Positions 1 through 12,282 of a stretch of DNA of 64,000 nucleotides are shown here, one piece after another. A program made the translations under genes and the position numbers. Below the pieces are notes generated by a model. It saw nothing but the letters and a program-made list of their open reading frames with translations, did not search any database and had not been told where the DNA came from. The stretch comes from Vicugna vicugna. Its lineage: Eukaryota. The stretch covers positions 1,451,696 through 1,515,695 of the forward strand of contig MU058540.1 of the NCBI GenBank assembly GCA_013265495.1, written 5' to 3'. Within the stretch, counting starts at the first letter, position 1; each line of letters starts with the position of its first letter.

Positions 1-548
1 CTACCTATGTTAGCTCAATATGTTTGTAAAAGTCATCTGGATTGCTACATGTAGTTATAGTTTATTCATCCTCATAACTGTATATTATTCCATTATATGC
101 CACAATTATCCATTCTGTTGTAGATGCCCATTTGGTTTGTTTCTAGTTTCTGGCTATTAAGTATACTGTTGTTATGTGGAGCTGTTCTCTAACATGACTG
201 TGCTGACTCTATGCGTTTGTCAAAACCCTAGACATGTACGCCACAAAGAATGAACTTTTCTGTATGTAAATTAAAATATGTAAGAAAAAAGAACAGTGCT
301 GCTATGAGCATTCTTGTACATAACTCTTGGTGAACATATGTACACATTTTTGTTTTATGTTTATCTAGCAGGGTCATAGGCTGTGCATATGTTCTACTTT
401 AGGATATACTGCTAGACAGTTTTCCGGAGTGCTTGTACCACCTTCTCCACTAGCAGTGCATCAAAGTTCCTGTTGCTAGCATTTAGTATTGTCTCTTTTT
501 TTACTCTAGCCACCCAGTAGGTGTATACTTGTCTCACATTATGATTTT

Positions 549-650
549 TGTGTGTGTGGTAGGGAGGTAATTGGTGGAGGTACTGGAGATTGAACCCAGG
601 ACCTTGTGCATGCTAGGCACACATTCTACCACTGAGCTATATCCTCCCCC
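549..650 (-). mobile_element. tRNA-Ala-derived SINE (camelid Vic-1-like) with 15-bp TSD
   Basis: Reverse complement GGGGAGGATATAGCTCAGTGGTAGAATGTGTGCCTAGCATGCACAAGGTCCTGGGTTCAATCTCCAGTACCTCCA has A/B boxes and a tRNA-Ala-like body; TSD tcacattatgatttt at 534-548 and 652-666. Confidence 0.85.
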
Positions 651-1075
651 ATCACATTATGATTTTAATTTACATTTTTTGATGATTGGTTTATTAGAAT
701 TTTGGATATCCTCTTTCACAAAGCATTGATGTATTTTTCCCATTTATCTTTTGGATTATTTGTCTTTTTCTCATTAATTTGTAGAAGTTCTTTATATATT
801 CTGGAAACAAGTCCTTGGTTACATACATGTATTACAAATATCTTCTACTCTATGGATTCACTTTCACTCTTAATGTTGGTTTTTTGTTAATCCAAAATTA
901 TTTATTCTAGTGTAGTCCTGTATATCTATTTTTCCCTTTATGGTTAGCACTTTTTGTGTTTTGTTTAAGGAATCTTTTCCTATCCTAAGGTGTGAAGATA
1001 TTCTATGTTTTTTTCTAACTTTATTCTTCTAGCTTTATTATTTGACCTTTCACATTTAGATCTACAATAAATCTT

Positions 1076-1119
1076 TTTCTTTAATTGAAGTTTAGTTTAC
1101 TTACAATGTTGTGTCATTT
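1076..1119 (-). mobile_element. ~45-bp 5'-truncated L1 3' terminus with TSD
   Basis: ttaattgaagtttagtttacttacaatgttgtgtc flanked by tacaataaatctt (1063-1075) and tacaatcaatctt (1120-1132). Confidence 0.65.
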
Positions 1120-1241
1120 TACAATCAATCTTGAAACTTTTTTTTTGTTTGTTTGATGTAAGATAGAGGTTAATATTATTTTTTATCTTCATGGATATCC
1201 TCAAATTGACCATGCGCCATTTGAAAAGACAGTCTTTTCAT

Positions 1242-1909
1242 ACTCACAGACATAGAAAACAAACTTATGGTTACCATGGGAGAAAAGGGGTGGGAAGGGA
1301 TAAACTGGGAGTTTGAGATTTTCAGATACTAACTACTATATATAAAATAGATAAACAATGTTTCTATTGTATAGTACAGGGAAATATATTCAGTGTCTTG
1401 TAGTAACCCATCATGAAAAAGAATATGAAAAGGAACATATATGTATGTATATGTATGACTGGAACATTATGCTGTACATCAGAAATTGACACAATATTGT
1501 AAACTGACTGTATGTCAATTAAAAAGAATCATCCAAAAAAATTTTACCCTTGAGGTACCTCAACAATTATCTTCTTCTGGACACATTTCATTTTCTTTCA
1601 GTTTTTCTTGATATGGGATATAACTTATTTTTTTAAATTTTGTGGTAAAAGTTTTATAAAGTGCTGTATGTCGTGTTTCTTAAATTGAATATGCATATAT
1701 AATTTAATGTTTTTTTCATCATCTACTCATTGCAAGAAAATAATATGAAATAAGACTATAAACAAAACTAGATATAATCTTTACTAATCTCCATATGGGA
1801 GAAATCTGCAGTAAATAAACCAGCATATAGATTAATAGTCTCACTTCAAAGCTATTATATGGAAAATTGGAGTTTTGACATGTCAAATAAATATTAAAAG
1901 CAAAAAAAC
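1242..1909 (+). mobile_element. 5'-truncated cetartiodactyl L1 3' end (1242-1541) plus probable 3' transduction (1542-1909)
   Basis: L1 3' UTR motif actcacagacatagaaaacaaacttatggttacc; A-rich tail ~1521-1541; second AATAAA 1886-1891 and A-tail; degenerate TSD 1224-1241 / 1905-1923. Confidence 0.7.
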
Positions 1910-2149
1910 CCAATCTTTTCCATACTGCACTGTCACTTTTGTCCTAAGTCAAATGTCTCTCAGTGTAGTTTTGATATATATGAATAAGGTTGAACATCAT
2001 TTTATGTTTAATATCTATGCGCATTTATTTTTCTGTTAACTGTCCCTACTTTGTCCCATTTTTATTGAACTCTTGGTCTTTTTCTTCTCAGTTTTTTGAA
2101 ACTCTTTATACATTAGAGATATTAGCACTTTGTGATATAAATTGCAAAG

Positions 2150-2152
<3 letters not shown>

Positions 2153-2190
<38 letters not shown>
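2153..2190. repeat. Compound microsatellite (CA)14(TA)5
   Basis: Directly visible. Confidence 0.95.
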
Positions 2191-2191
<1 letters not shown>

Positions 2192-2878
2192 GTATTTTTT
2201 TAGCTTGTAATTCCTAGACCACCTTTTTACTTGCAGTGAGAACTGATTTCACCTACACATCAAGAATGTCTATATTTCTCACATCCAGAAGGACTTTAAG
2301 ATGGCCTTCATTCCTCTCCCTGCCATTTCTGACCTCTCACTGTGAAGTACAGCTGTGCTCTTTGGGATCTATTTGACAGGGTAGAGGTGGGGCTGTTCTT
2401 GACTGGATTTCACAGTATTAAACGTCATGCTCACCTGGCTGTACTTCTTTTCTCTTTCCACTGCCTTTGCTCTGCCTCTGAAGATGTTATACAAACCTAG
2501 TGTTTCCTTTCTGTAGTTAAATCTCCCTTCACAGACAATATTCAGATATGTATTTGTGTAGTTTGTGGACTGTGAATTTATTCAATTTATTCCTTCTAAC
2601 AGAAGGGAGATTGTTTCCAGGTCAACCTTTTCTTTTATTCTATCCTTTAAAAAAAATCCCATTAAAAAGAGTACAGCATCATTGTAAAATATTTTAGAAA
2701 TTTACAAAATATAAGAAGGTAGAAATGGGAGGAGAGAAATAAAGAAAAAAATAATTATCCACAGATCTAGTACCCAAAGACAGGCATTGTTAACAGTCTT
2801 GTGTGATGTCTTCTAGTATAAAGAGTGTTCATAAAGTCTCACATGATTCTGAACATTGGTCTACCTTGTGTGTCATAG

Positions 2879-3068
2879 TGAGTATGGCTTTGCCGAGAAG
2901 GTGGTGGAGGGGATGTTCATCATCGTCAATTCCATTACCATCAAGATTCACTCCAAGGCCTTCCACGCTTCTTTTGAATTGTGGCAGCTCCAGGGCTATA
3001 GTGTCAACCCCAACTGGCAGCAGAGTGACCTTCGCCTCACCCGCATCACTGACCCCCGCCGAGGAGAG
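2879..3068 (+). CDS. BLTP3A: BLTP3A/UHRF1BP1 coding exon (~exon 5; first coding exon in window), chorein/RBG N-terminal region
   Basis: Translates (S)EYGFAEKVVEGMFIIVNSITIKIHSKAFHASFELWQLQGYSVNPNWQQSDLRLTRITDPRRGE, recognised as UHRF1BP1/BLTP3A; acceptor catag at 2878, donor GTGACA at 3069. Confidence 0.95.
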
Positions 3069-3371
3069 GTGACAACTCTGGCATTGCAAAAGGGAAAAAC
3101 AGAGGGTTCAAAGTGAGGCTGATTCTTAAAGGTTATCATTCCTCTTTTGGAGATTTCCTCAAATGCTCCCCATTCCTGGGAACCCAAGAATCCCTTCTGT
3201 CCAGTGTTACTGTTACATCCTTTCCTTGGTTATGAATCTCTGATCCACTGCCTTTTGTGGGTAGGAGCCCTCTTGAGAATGGTGAGAGTCTCTGCCTTGC
3301 CAGTCTTTCCCCCTTGCCTCTTGGTTAATTTCATCCACAGAATTAAGGCATTTTACCTTCTCTCCTTCTAG

Positions 3372-3512
3372 GTTTTAACATTTAAGGAAATAACTTGGCA
3401 AACACTTCGAATTGAGGCATATGCTACAGACAATGGTGATCAGGACCCAGTCACCACTCCACTGAGACTTATTACCAACCAAGGCAGGATCCAAATAGCC
3501 CTGAAGAGAAGA
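3372..3512 (+). CDS. BLTP3A: BLTP3A coding exon (~6)
   Basis: ctag|VLTFKEITWQTLRIEAYATDNGDQDPVTTPLRLITNQGRIQIALKRR|gtgagt; 141 nt, phase 0-0; not in the ORF track. Confidence 0.93.
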
Positions 3513-3957
3513 GTGAGTGTGTTCTCTGTCCTCATGAAAACTTCCATCTTTAATTTTTCTAGACAGCCTGGGAGTTGGTGTTTCCTCTTTTTTTAATGTT
3601 ATTGGCCCCTGGAATGACATTTGAAAGGGGAGGACCCACAGTTCAGTGTTGCACTGTATCCACCAATGAGAGAACATTTCTACCTCCCTGGCATTTTAAT
3701 TTTGGAAAACACACTTTTTACCCTGACATATATAGGGACACTGACATAGACACCTGGCCGTTGACTACTGCTGCTTCTTGTTAATCACAGAGAACTTTAG
3801 AGACTTTGTAAGAAATTGACTCTCCAAGGTGCTTGATACTTTCCTTTCATGTGCTGGGGATTAAAAAGCCATCTCTGAAACTGATTGGGCAGTAGTCAGT
3901 TTGAGGAGTTGGAATGGTACCAGATGTTGAACCATGTGTTCTGTGTGGCCCCTTCAG

Positions 3958-4128
3958 ACCAAAGATTGCAATGTGGTAGCCTCCAAGCTGATGTTCCTGT
4001 TGGATGACCTGCTCTGGGTGCTAACTGACTCGCAGCTCAAGGCTATGATGAAATATGCAGAGTCGCTGAGTGAAGCCGTGGAGAAGTCAGCCCAGCAGAG
4101 AAAGAGCCTGGCCCCTGAACCTGTACAG
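3958..4128 (+). CDS. BLTP3A: BLTP3A coding exon (~7)
   Basis: tcag|TKDCNVVASKLMFLLDDLLWVLTDSQLKAMMKYAESLSEAVEKSAQQRKSLAPEPVQ|gttaga; 171 nt. Confidence 0.94.
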
Positions 4129-4803
4129 GTTAGAGGCAAAATAGATACCCTTGGTGGGAGTGGGGAGATGGTAGGCCAGACCAAATTCATACCAACATAG
4201 GTAGGGTCTAGACTTTATTAGGTTTATTTGGGGAATTTGTCATTCACTTCTGGATGTGCATAGGCTTTGCCTGTACCTCTGATTTATTCATTTATTTTGT
4301 TTATTGGGTGCCTCTAGTGTGTTAGGTATACAGTACAAGTCGTTGGAAAGCCTCGTGTTCCTGTCTTTGGAGTTCTCACTGCCTTAAAATATGGAGCATA
4401 AACAAGTTAGTATGGTGTGATAAGCGCTGTAATAGAGATAAACACTGTGGCATGAGAGCACAAAGAAGAGGCATCCAACTATCAGGCTGAAAGTAGACAT
4501 TTAGGGAAGAATTCCTGGAGGAGGTGTTTTAGCATCAGTCAGCTAGGTCCTGGGGAGTGAGAGCTTAGAAGGCAATTCAAATCTCAGAAAAGTACTCAAG
4601 AGTCATTAGACTAGTTATAATTGGGCTTTTTGGAGCTTGGGCTATTTAGGTGGAACAGACTTAAAACCCAGGTGAAGAATTATTAGAGGGAAAGGACATC
4701 TTATCAAATTGTGGTTTTCTTCAAGCTGAACTGAAGCTTAAAGAAAGCCAGCAGGGAAGCTCTCTGGGCCTGGACTTCCTGTTTTTCTCTCTGTCACATG
4801 TAG

Positions 4804-4996
4804 ATCACACCGCCCGCTCCCAGTGCCCAGCAGTCCTGGGCCCAGGCGTTTGGTGGCAGCCAGGGCAGCAGCAACAGCAACAGCAGCCGCCTCAGCCAGT
4901 ACTTTGAGAAATTTGATGTGAAAGAGTCCTCTTACCATCTCCTCATCTCCCGCCTGGATCTGCACATTTGTGATGATAGCCAGCCCCGAGAGCCAG
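4804..4996 (+). CDS. BLTP3A: BLTP3A coding exon (~8)
   Basis: tag|ITPPAPSAQQSWAQAFGGSQGSSNSNSSRLSQYFEKFDVKESSYHLLISRLDLHICDDSQPREP(G)|gtaccc; 193 nt, phase 0-1. Confidence 0.92.
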
Positions 4997-6508
4997 GTAC
5001 CCCGTGAGGCCTGAGCCTGGGCCGGGTGGTCCATCACTGCCTTCAGCTTTGAGCAAAGCTTGGGGATGCAAGGCTCTTTTCAAGACTTGTGGCATATTTT
5101 GGTTGGCTTCCCTTAATCACAGGGCTTCCTTGGGCCTCAGTGCTCCTGTGACAGCTCTCTGTTAGTGCTCTTCAGCCCTTAGGGTGCAGCAAAACCAGCT
5201 GTGATACTTAATAAATTACAGGCGCTGGGACTCTTCCCAGACTCCACTAAATGAGAGTCTTCAGGGGTAGAGCCCAAGCAGGGTATATATATTTTTTCTT
5301 CCCAGTGTCCTGTAGTCAATGCTGTCCACTGGTGTCAGCTTTTAGGAGAGTAAATTCAACCATAGGAAACCTCAGAATTTTCAGATTTTTGATTGAGTTT
5401 AAATAGTTATTATGTGTGAATGTGTTCTTCCCATGTAGAGAGGTTGTGCTGTGTTCTTCTCATACCTTTTTGTTCATTAGAGCAATTGGTATTACATATA
5501 CATTTATTCAAGATGAAAAAGTAATCAACTCATTTCTTTCCTTATGAGCCTTAGGGGAATTGCTTCATCTCTCTGAGTTTCTTCATTTATGAACTCGAGT
5601 TAAATCATACCTTACTTGTTTACCTCAGATTGTTATCAGGCTCAAATGAAATACTGAATTTAGAGGACCTTAATCATAGGCAAATAATTTGGTATTATTA
5701 TTTCTCCTCTGCCTGTTCCTTCAATTCTCTTTGTTCTGTCTCTGCTCCCCTTTGCCATCAGCTCTTGGTTTTAGATGCTGTCATATTGTTCTCTTGCTGC
5801 TTTATCCTCTCTGACGGTTATGTTTGCCTCTTAATGAGACCCAGGCTCATTTTCCTTGGGGGAACCTACTATTTTTTCTTCCTGAGGCACTGAACACTAT
5901 TGCTTCTCTTGCCTTTCTATGCCTTGTCTTGAAATGACTTCAGCCCCTCTCTACTCCCAATATGGAGGAGCTGAAAGGACCAGTGACAGTGTAAAGATTG
6001 CTTTTGTCACCACTAGAAATAAATTGCTCACTGGTTTGCCATCCACTCATTCTAGAATTTCTCTGCTAAAACAAATTATTGTTTTGTTTGTTTTTTTTCT
6101 CCCAAGTATTTCTATAAAGAATTTGAGGGTTTTTTTTAATCCTTTCAGAAATCTTTATTAAGAATACATTATAAAGAGTTTCATCTTCTTGCTTGATGTG
6201 GGCTTTGTAGCACTATTCTCTTCATGTGGCAGGGTCCTGTAATCCACACTAAGATGTGAATGACTGGCCTTCTCTGAAGCCCCCATAAGCTAAATTAATC
6301 TACTTGGTGGAATTTAAGGAAGGTTTGGATGAGACATTTTTAGATAGGGGATAACTCCCAGCCTGCCATACCCAGGTGTAGTGTATGACTCTGTGAAGGG
6401 GCAAGGAACACAAAGAGTTCCTGTGACTTTGACTCTTCCAGCTGGATTTGGGAAGAATGGGGAAGGGAGAACTAGGTATTATAGAAAGGGCTGTAAGATT
6501 CTCTGGAG

Positions 6509-6822
6509 TTGTTCTGTCCAATATGGCAGCCACTAGCCACATATGACTATTGGACACTTGAAATATTGGCTGATTCAAATTGAGATGGGATGTAAGTGTA
6601 ATATATACATGGGACTTCACAAGTATAGTACAAAAAAAGAGTGTGAAATATCTTGGTAATTATTTTCATATTGATTACATGTGGAAATGATATATTTTGG
6701 GTATATTGTGTTTAAACAATGTTTAGTATTAAAATTAATTTCACATAAAATTTTTTTTCATGTAATTACTAGAAAATTTAAAATTACATATGTGGCTCAC
6801 ATGTTCCTTTTGGATAGTGTTG
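6509..6822 (-). mobile_element. hAT-Charlie MITE, MER33-like
   Basis: Ends ctgtccaatatggcagccactagccaca ... ttggatagtgttg; 8-bp TSD ctctggag (6501-6508) / ctctggaa (6823-6830). Confidence 0.8.
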
Positions 6823-6830
6823 CTCTGGAA

Positions 6831-7000
6831 CTCTCTGTCCAACATGGTAGACAATAGCCACATGTAGCTATTTAAATTAAAATTAAGTAGAATAAAAAAT
6901 TCAGTTCCTTATTTGCATCAGCCACATTTCAAGTTCTCATTATAGTCTGTGGACCATAGAAGATGTCCATCATCACAGAAAGTTCTTTTGGACAGTGCAG
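6831..7000 (-). mobile_element. hAT-Charlie MITE, MER3-like, abutting the MER33
   Basis: ctgtccaacatggtagacaatagccacatg...catcacagaaagttcttttggacagtgc. Confidence 0.75.
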
Positions 7001-7562
7001 ACTCCTTGAAGGCTACATCTACCTGCTTTTTCACTACGGGACACTATAGCCTGGATGTTGGGGCCCCTGACTAACATGCTCATCTTTCCCTTGTTATTGG
7101 AGGTGAAATTATTTGGAAGTTGGGTTGTTGGGGACAGTTTGGCTTGAAATGGAGCAACACTGTCTCTTAAAATCAAAGTGGAGCAGCTGATACTTCAGGC
7201 TTCTGGGGCAGAGCCTGGTGATTGATAGGGAAAAGAGTTTCTTCTGCCTCTTTTTAACTGTTTCTCTCAGGATAAGGGCTGTGAGCCAAAACTGTCTTTA
7301 TCTCTCATAAGGCTATGTTGTTCTCTTTCCACCAGGTCACTGGAGAATTTTAATTAGTCATTTATATACACTGTTTACTATTTATGTCTCATATATTATT
7401 ATGTGTTTATAATTAAATATGTTGGTAATTAGTAATTGTATTTGATTTCAGTTCTAGACCTTATTTTAATATGCTCAGTCTGTGTAGTTTATTCTTTTAG
7501 TTCCAAATAAATCCAATAGAGGGAGCATGACTGTGAAATCTTCTCCCTCCTGTAGCCTAGGG

Positions 7563-8842
7563 CATGCATTTTCAACTGGGATGATATCACCCCACAGTAG
7601 GTAAAATTTCACTCTTTTCTATTAAACAGCTTTATTGAGATATAATTCACATAGCAGACAATTCACCCATTTAGAATATACAACTCATTGTTTTTAAGTA
7701 TTTTCATAGGGTTGTGTGATCATCACTACAATCTGATTTTAGAACATTTTTGTCATTCCCTAAAAGAAACTTTGTACCCATTAGCTGCCACTTCCCATTT
7801 CACAGCCCTAAGCAACCACTGATCTTTCTGTCTTGATGCTTGCTTATTCTGGACAGTGAAAATATTCTTTGGTGAAGGGTGGGGGTGAAAAAAAATCTTA
7901 GGTATAACAGTACTTAGCCCTACCTAACAAAATTTTATTCCTTAGTATTTAATTTCTTTCACTGAGTTTTCTTGGGTATCACATGAGCAGCATTTATATT
8001 GAGTTCATGAAAGGTACACAAAATATATGGAAGATTAGGGCTATAAACTAAGGCAAATAGATGGCTGTGATTGATTGGAGGACTTCCAATCAATTGCTTG
8101 ATCTCAAAGTCAAATGGCGAGATGTGGTCTGCACATGCCTAGTGTCTGCCATAGACGATCCAGTCAGTGTTGTTTATATTTAATCCTCAGTACTTTTGTG
8201 ATTTGAGCTTTGAAAATTAAATAAAAATAGTTTCTATTTTATTATTTAATGCTGCAAATTATTCAACAAGTCAGTAGTTAAGTGCCGAAAAGAAAAAATA
8301 TTGACACTATCTGAATGAATGTCTAGCAGGTAGTTAAGATAAAAGTTACTTTCTCATATCAAACAAAAGTTAAAAGTTAAAAATAATTTTAAGAAATTAA
8401 TTAAAATTTTCAGTTGTTTTACTTTTGCTGGAAAATAATTTTGAGTAATTAAAATTTAATTATATTGCTATTATATATTTATATAAATTGCTGATTTGTA
8501 TATGTGATTCAATACATTATAATTTATATAAGAAATAAATTACATTAAAAGTTTCTCAGCAAATATAGTTACAAAGTTAAGTTAAATATTAATAGCTTTA
8601 ATTTTAAAATTTAACATTTAACTTAAAAGAATTATTTAGTCTTTCTTAACCTTTCATTGAATAAAAGGAATAAGCTTTATTCGTATTCTTTTTATGTATA
8701 AAGCACAGGCAGACGTATAATACATAAGATATACAATTTATCTGGGGTATGACAATTTCATGGAGAAGAGGCAATTAGGAAAAAAAAATCTAAACAGGCT
8801 CCTAAGAGGTGGTAATTATGAAAAAAAGGTTGAGAAACAGGA
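7563..8842 (-). mobile_element. hAT-Charlie DNA transposon remnant (MER112/Charlie9-like) with nested L1MB fragment (~7620-7855)
   Basis: Termini catgcattttcaactgggatgatatcacccc and ctcctaagaggtggtaattatgaaaaaaaggttgagaaac; AT-rich interior. Confidence 0.55.
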
Positions 8843-9754
8843 ACACTGGTGTAGGTGTATTGCTTGGTAGGATGGTGATTAGTCCAGAACTTGGGGTGGT
8901 GAAATCTAGATTGGATGGAAACGACAGGCCGCCTGGCTATAGTCGTACCAGCTTACAGCTAGAGAATTCCATGATGTTTCCCCCCACCCCGGAAACAGGA
9001 TGGAAGGGATACGATGGAAGTGCAGAACAGGGTGGTTCAGACAATACTCGTGTAGAAGAAATCTTTACAGTTCTAGAGTCTAGTTGGAAAGATAAGATAG
9101 AAACTTGGAAAGTTCATTCATTTAGGAAGAACTGAATGTAAATTCAACATAAATAATAGAATATTTCATTCACTGCAAAAAATTTCAATTTACCTACATT
9201 ATTCTGTATGTTTATAATGTCCTTGTTAGTGCAGTGTTCTTAATGTTCCATGGTTCTTTGTATTTTCAGTATGTAATCCTGTCTTACATCACAGCTTTAG
9301 CTTTAGCCAGCACATGAAAGGAAACAATATGGGTCATGTTTTTTGGGGAGTTTGGCTAATGCTTCTCCAGGGGTTGTGCTGCAGGACAGCAATACTAGTA
9401 TTGCTAGGTTTGGGGAGACCAAATGAATCAAGGTTGTACAGTGTGTCTGTAGGAGACCAAGGATTGAAATTCCTGAATCCTGAGTTTTGCAGTTACTTTT
9501 GTCTTTCTGGAAATCTAGCAGCCATTTACAGAGACAATGGAATACACCTTTTTTCTTTGGATCTTTTAGAGCATATCCATTGACTGTTGCAACTCAGCGA
9601 GCCTTGCAAATCACCTGACATCATGGCCTTTCAGCTGCACTTGTGTATCAGCCAGGCCTTGGGGCTGACCCTCAGGAGGACTTTAAGTGCTTCAAGTGGT
9701 GCTTGGGCCTCTTTGTTTCTTCTGCTGCTGTTCACCTTTATTTTTCTTTTATAG

Positions 9755-9841
9755 GTGTCTCTACAAACAGACTTACGGGTGGTGCAATGCAACTTACCTT
9801 CCGCAAGATGGCATTTGACTATTACCCCTTCCACTGGGCAG
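9755..9841 (+). CDS. BLTP3A: BLTP3A coding exon (~9)
   Basis: atag|(G)VSTNRLTGGAMQLTFRKMAFDYYPFHWA(G)|gtagga; 87 nt, phase 1-1. Confidence 0.94.
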
Positions 9842-10376
9842 GTAGGAGAATTCTGAATGGGGGCAGTTTTCACGTGACCTAGATTTTGAGGGCAGATTCC
9901 TGAGTTCATCCCTGGCTGCCCAGTAGAAGGGTGCCAGGGACTGCAGCGTGTTCTCAGAGAGGTGCTGGGAATAGTCCTTTTCAAGAGGATATCTTCTAGA
10001 AACCTGCAGGGTCCACTATCAATGATTCTTTATCATCGATGAGAAGAGGTAGGAGAGAGGCAGTGCCTGAGATGTTGCTTTTGATTCTCTGCTCTGCTCC
10101 TTACTTCTGCTAGTTTTACAGCCTCCTTAGTAGTTCCTAGTCAAAGATGGCAGCAGTCAGCAGCTGGTCTGTAGGAAGCCTCAGGGAAAAAATCACATAT
10201 GGAATTCAGAAGAACTTGAGTGCTCTCACCAGATAATTTTACTTATCCCAGAGAATTCTGGATTGCAGATGAAGGATCAGATTCTGAACTATGGAGAACT
10301 ATACCAATGGAAAAGAAAAATTGTAACATTGGATCATGATCTTGGACTAAAGTCTTTTTGCTTCTTTATTGCATAG

Positions 10377-10547
10377 GCGATAGCTGCAAACATTGGGTAC
10401 GTCACTGTGAGGCCATGGAGACCCGAGGCCAGTGGGCTGAGAAGCTGGTGATGGAATTTCAGAGTAAAGTGGAAAAGTGGCATGAGGAGACAGGTCTGAA
10501 ACCACCCTGGCACCTGGGGGTAGATTCTCCCTTCCGGAGGAAAGCAG
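10377..10547 (+). CDS. BLTP3A: BLTP3A coding exon (~10)
   Basis: atag|(G)DSCKHWVRHCEAMETRGQWAEKLVMEFQSKVEKWHEETGLKPPWHLGVDSPFRRKA(D)|gtgggt; 171 nt. Confidence 0.93.
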
Positions 10548-10934
10548 GTGGGTTATGAGTAGCTGGAGGACTCCCACTGCTTAGCCTCTTGACATTTACC
10601 TTGAATGTCCAGTGATGATAAAGCACTGGACTGGCTAATTATTCCAATTTTATTCCATGGAAAGACGTCCATGACCTTTTTCTTTACAGAGTCCTCTTTG
10701 TCTCCAGGGATAGCTGCAATATTGAAGAGAGGTTGTTATCACCTCTATTCAGTAGGCTGTTGCCTTGGTCTTGGGGAGAATACAATTTTGAGTTCCATCC
10801 GGGAGCTAGCCAGTGTTAAGCTCTCTTTCCTGCATATAGCATGAATGATCTTAGGGTTTTTCCTTTCCGAATTCTATTAATAATGAGACTTGAATGTATC
10901 TGATTCTCTTTCTCAACTTCTTATTTTTATTCAG

Positions 10935-11074
10935 ATTCTCTCTCTAGTCCACAAAAGAACCCTCTTGAGAGAAGCCCCTCTCAGAGTCGACAGGCTGTCT
11001 TTCGGCCTCCAGCATGGAATCGCTTACGTTCTAGCTGCTTGGTAATACGAGTGGATGACTTGGACATCCACCAG
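10935..11074 (+). CDS. BLTP3A: BLTP3A coding exon (~11)
   Basis: tcag|(D)SLSSPQKNPLERSPSQSRQAVFRPPAWNRLRSSCLVIRVDDLDIHQ|gtaagc; 140 nt, phase 1-0. Confidence 0.92.
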
Positions 11075-11468
11075 GTAAGCAGCCCAGGACACAGGGAAAT
11101 AGGGTTGGAAAGGGGTAAGCAGTTCATTTGGAAGGCAACAAATGTGATCAAGGTTGTGGAATTAGGGGGCTGTTTCCCTCCTTTCCAGGTGGATTTGACA
11201 CTTTGGTCTGTTTCTTTCTGAGCATGACTGCTGATGTCAGGGCTTGGGACTTTCCTCTGAATACCCCACTACAAACCTTTCACTGAAAAGATGAACTTGT
11301 AGAAAGTATTAGGTGTGAGTATGCCTAGAATATGTGTGAAAACCACTCTGCTTCCTGTGACAGACTTTGGAAGAATCATAAAGGGTTTATCCTCCTACCT
11401 CAGAGGAAATCGGGGAAATTCTATTCTGGATGACGTACAGATGCTAACAGCAACTTGTGATTGCACAG

Positions 11469-11610
11469 GTTTCTACAGCTGGACAGCCAAGTAAGAAGCC
11501 ATCTACACTCCTTTCCTGCAGTCGGAAACTTCACAACCTCCCCACTCAGGTCTCTGCCATTCATATTGAGTTCACAGAGTATTATTTCCCAGATAATCAG
11601 GAGCTTCCAG
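11469..11610 (+). CDS. BLTP3A: BLTP3A coding exon (~12)
   Basis: acag|VSTAGQPSKKPSTLLSCSRKLHNLPTQVSAIHIEFTEYYFPDNQELP(V)|gtaagc; 142 nt. Confidence 0.94.
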
Positions 11611-11875
11611 GTAAGCATCTGACAAGTCTTACTGGTCATTTCTTACTGACTAGTGCATGCTTTTCACATTTGTCAGCCTTTGGGTCTCTGCTTATATTCT
11701 CGTTTGTTTTTAGGAGTTTTAGGTGTTTGGGTTAATTTAGCACACCTTTGTTGAAAACTCTGCCCTGTTTAAACATGTACCTTTGCTCTCTTGATAATAA
11801 AATGAATATTAACTGGTGAGTAAGAGTGGGGCTGCTACTTCGTACATGGTGATTCTGTTTTTCTCTGCTTTCCAG

Positions 11876-12069
11876 TTCCCTGTCCCAATCTCTACATTCA
11901 GTTAAATGGTCTGACATTTACTATGCATCCCGTCAGCTTGCTCTGGGGAAACTTCTTCTGCCTGGATTTATACCGCAGCTTGGAGCAGTTCAAAGCTATC
12001 TACAAGTTGGAGGATTCAAGCCAGAAAGATGAACACTTGGATATTCGACTGGATGCCTTCTGGTTGAAG
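11876..12069 (+). CDS. BLTP3A: BLTP3A coding exon (~13)
   Basis: ccag|(V)PCPNLYIQLNGLTFTMHPVSLLWGNFFCLDLYRSLEQFKAIYKLEDSSQKDEHLDIRLDAFWLK|gtaggg; 194 nt. Confidence 0.94.
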
Positions 12070-12282
12070 GTAGGGAGAGAGCAGGAATTTTGTTCCCTGT
12101 TGACATCCACAGCTGCATTTCTGCCATGGCTGTAATCCAGGGCTCTGCTCTGTCCATTTGATGGAAGTAAGGAAAGTGATTTTACAGCCCAGGTGGTCTT
12201 TCAGGGGTGTACTAATGGTGGATTGCAGAGGAAACTCAGATGGCCATTCTGAATTGGGTTTCATTTCATTTTCTCTTTGAAG

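Larger units (their letters stand above)
1..2150 (-). mobile_element. Old L1M (L1MC/ME-type) remnant hosting several younger insertions
   Basis: Degenerate antisense L1 ORF2-end/3' UTR motifs (gttctttatatattctggaaacaagtcc, ttgaaaagac...actgcactgtcactttt). Confidence 0.65.

Noticed and set aside
549..650. Possible tRNA-Ala gene (also 17448-17531)
   Set aside because: Mutated stems, extra 3' sequence, A/CA-rich tail and TSD mark these as tRNA-derived SINEs
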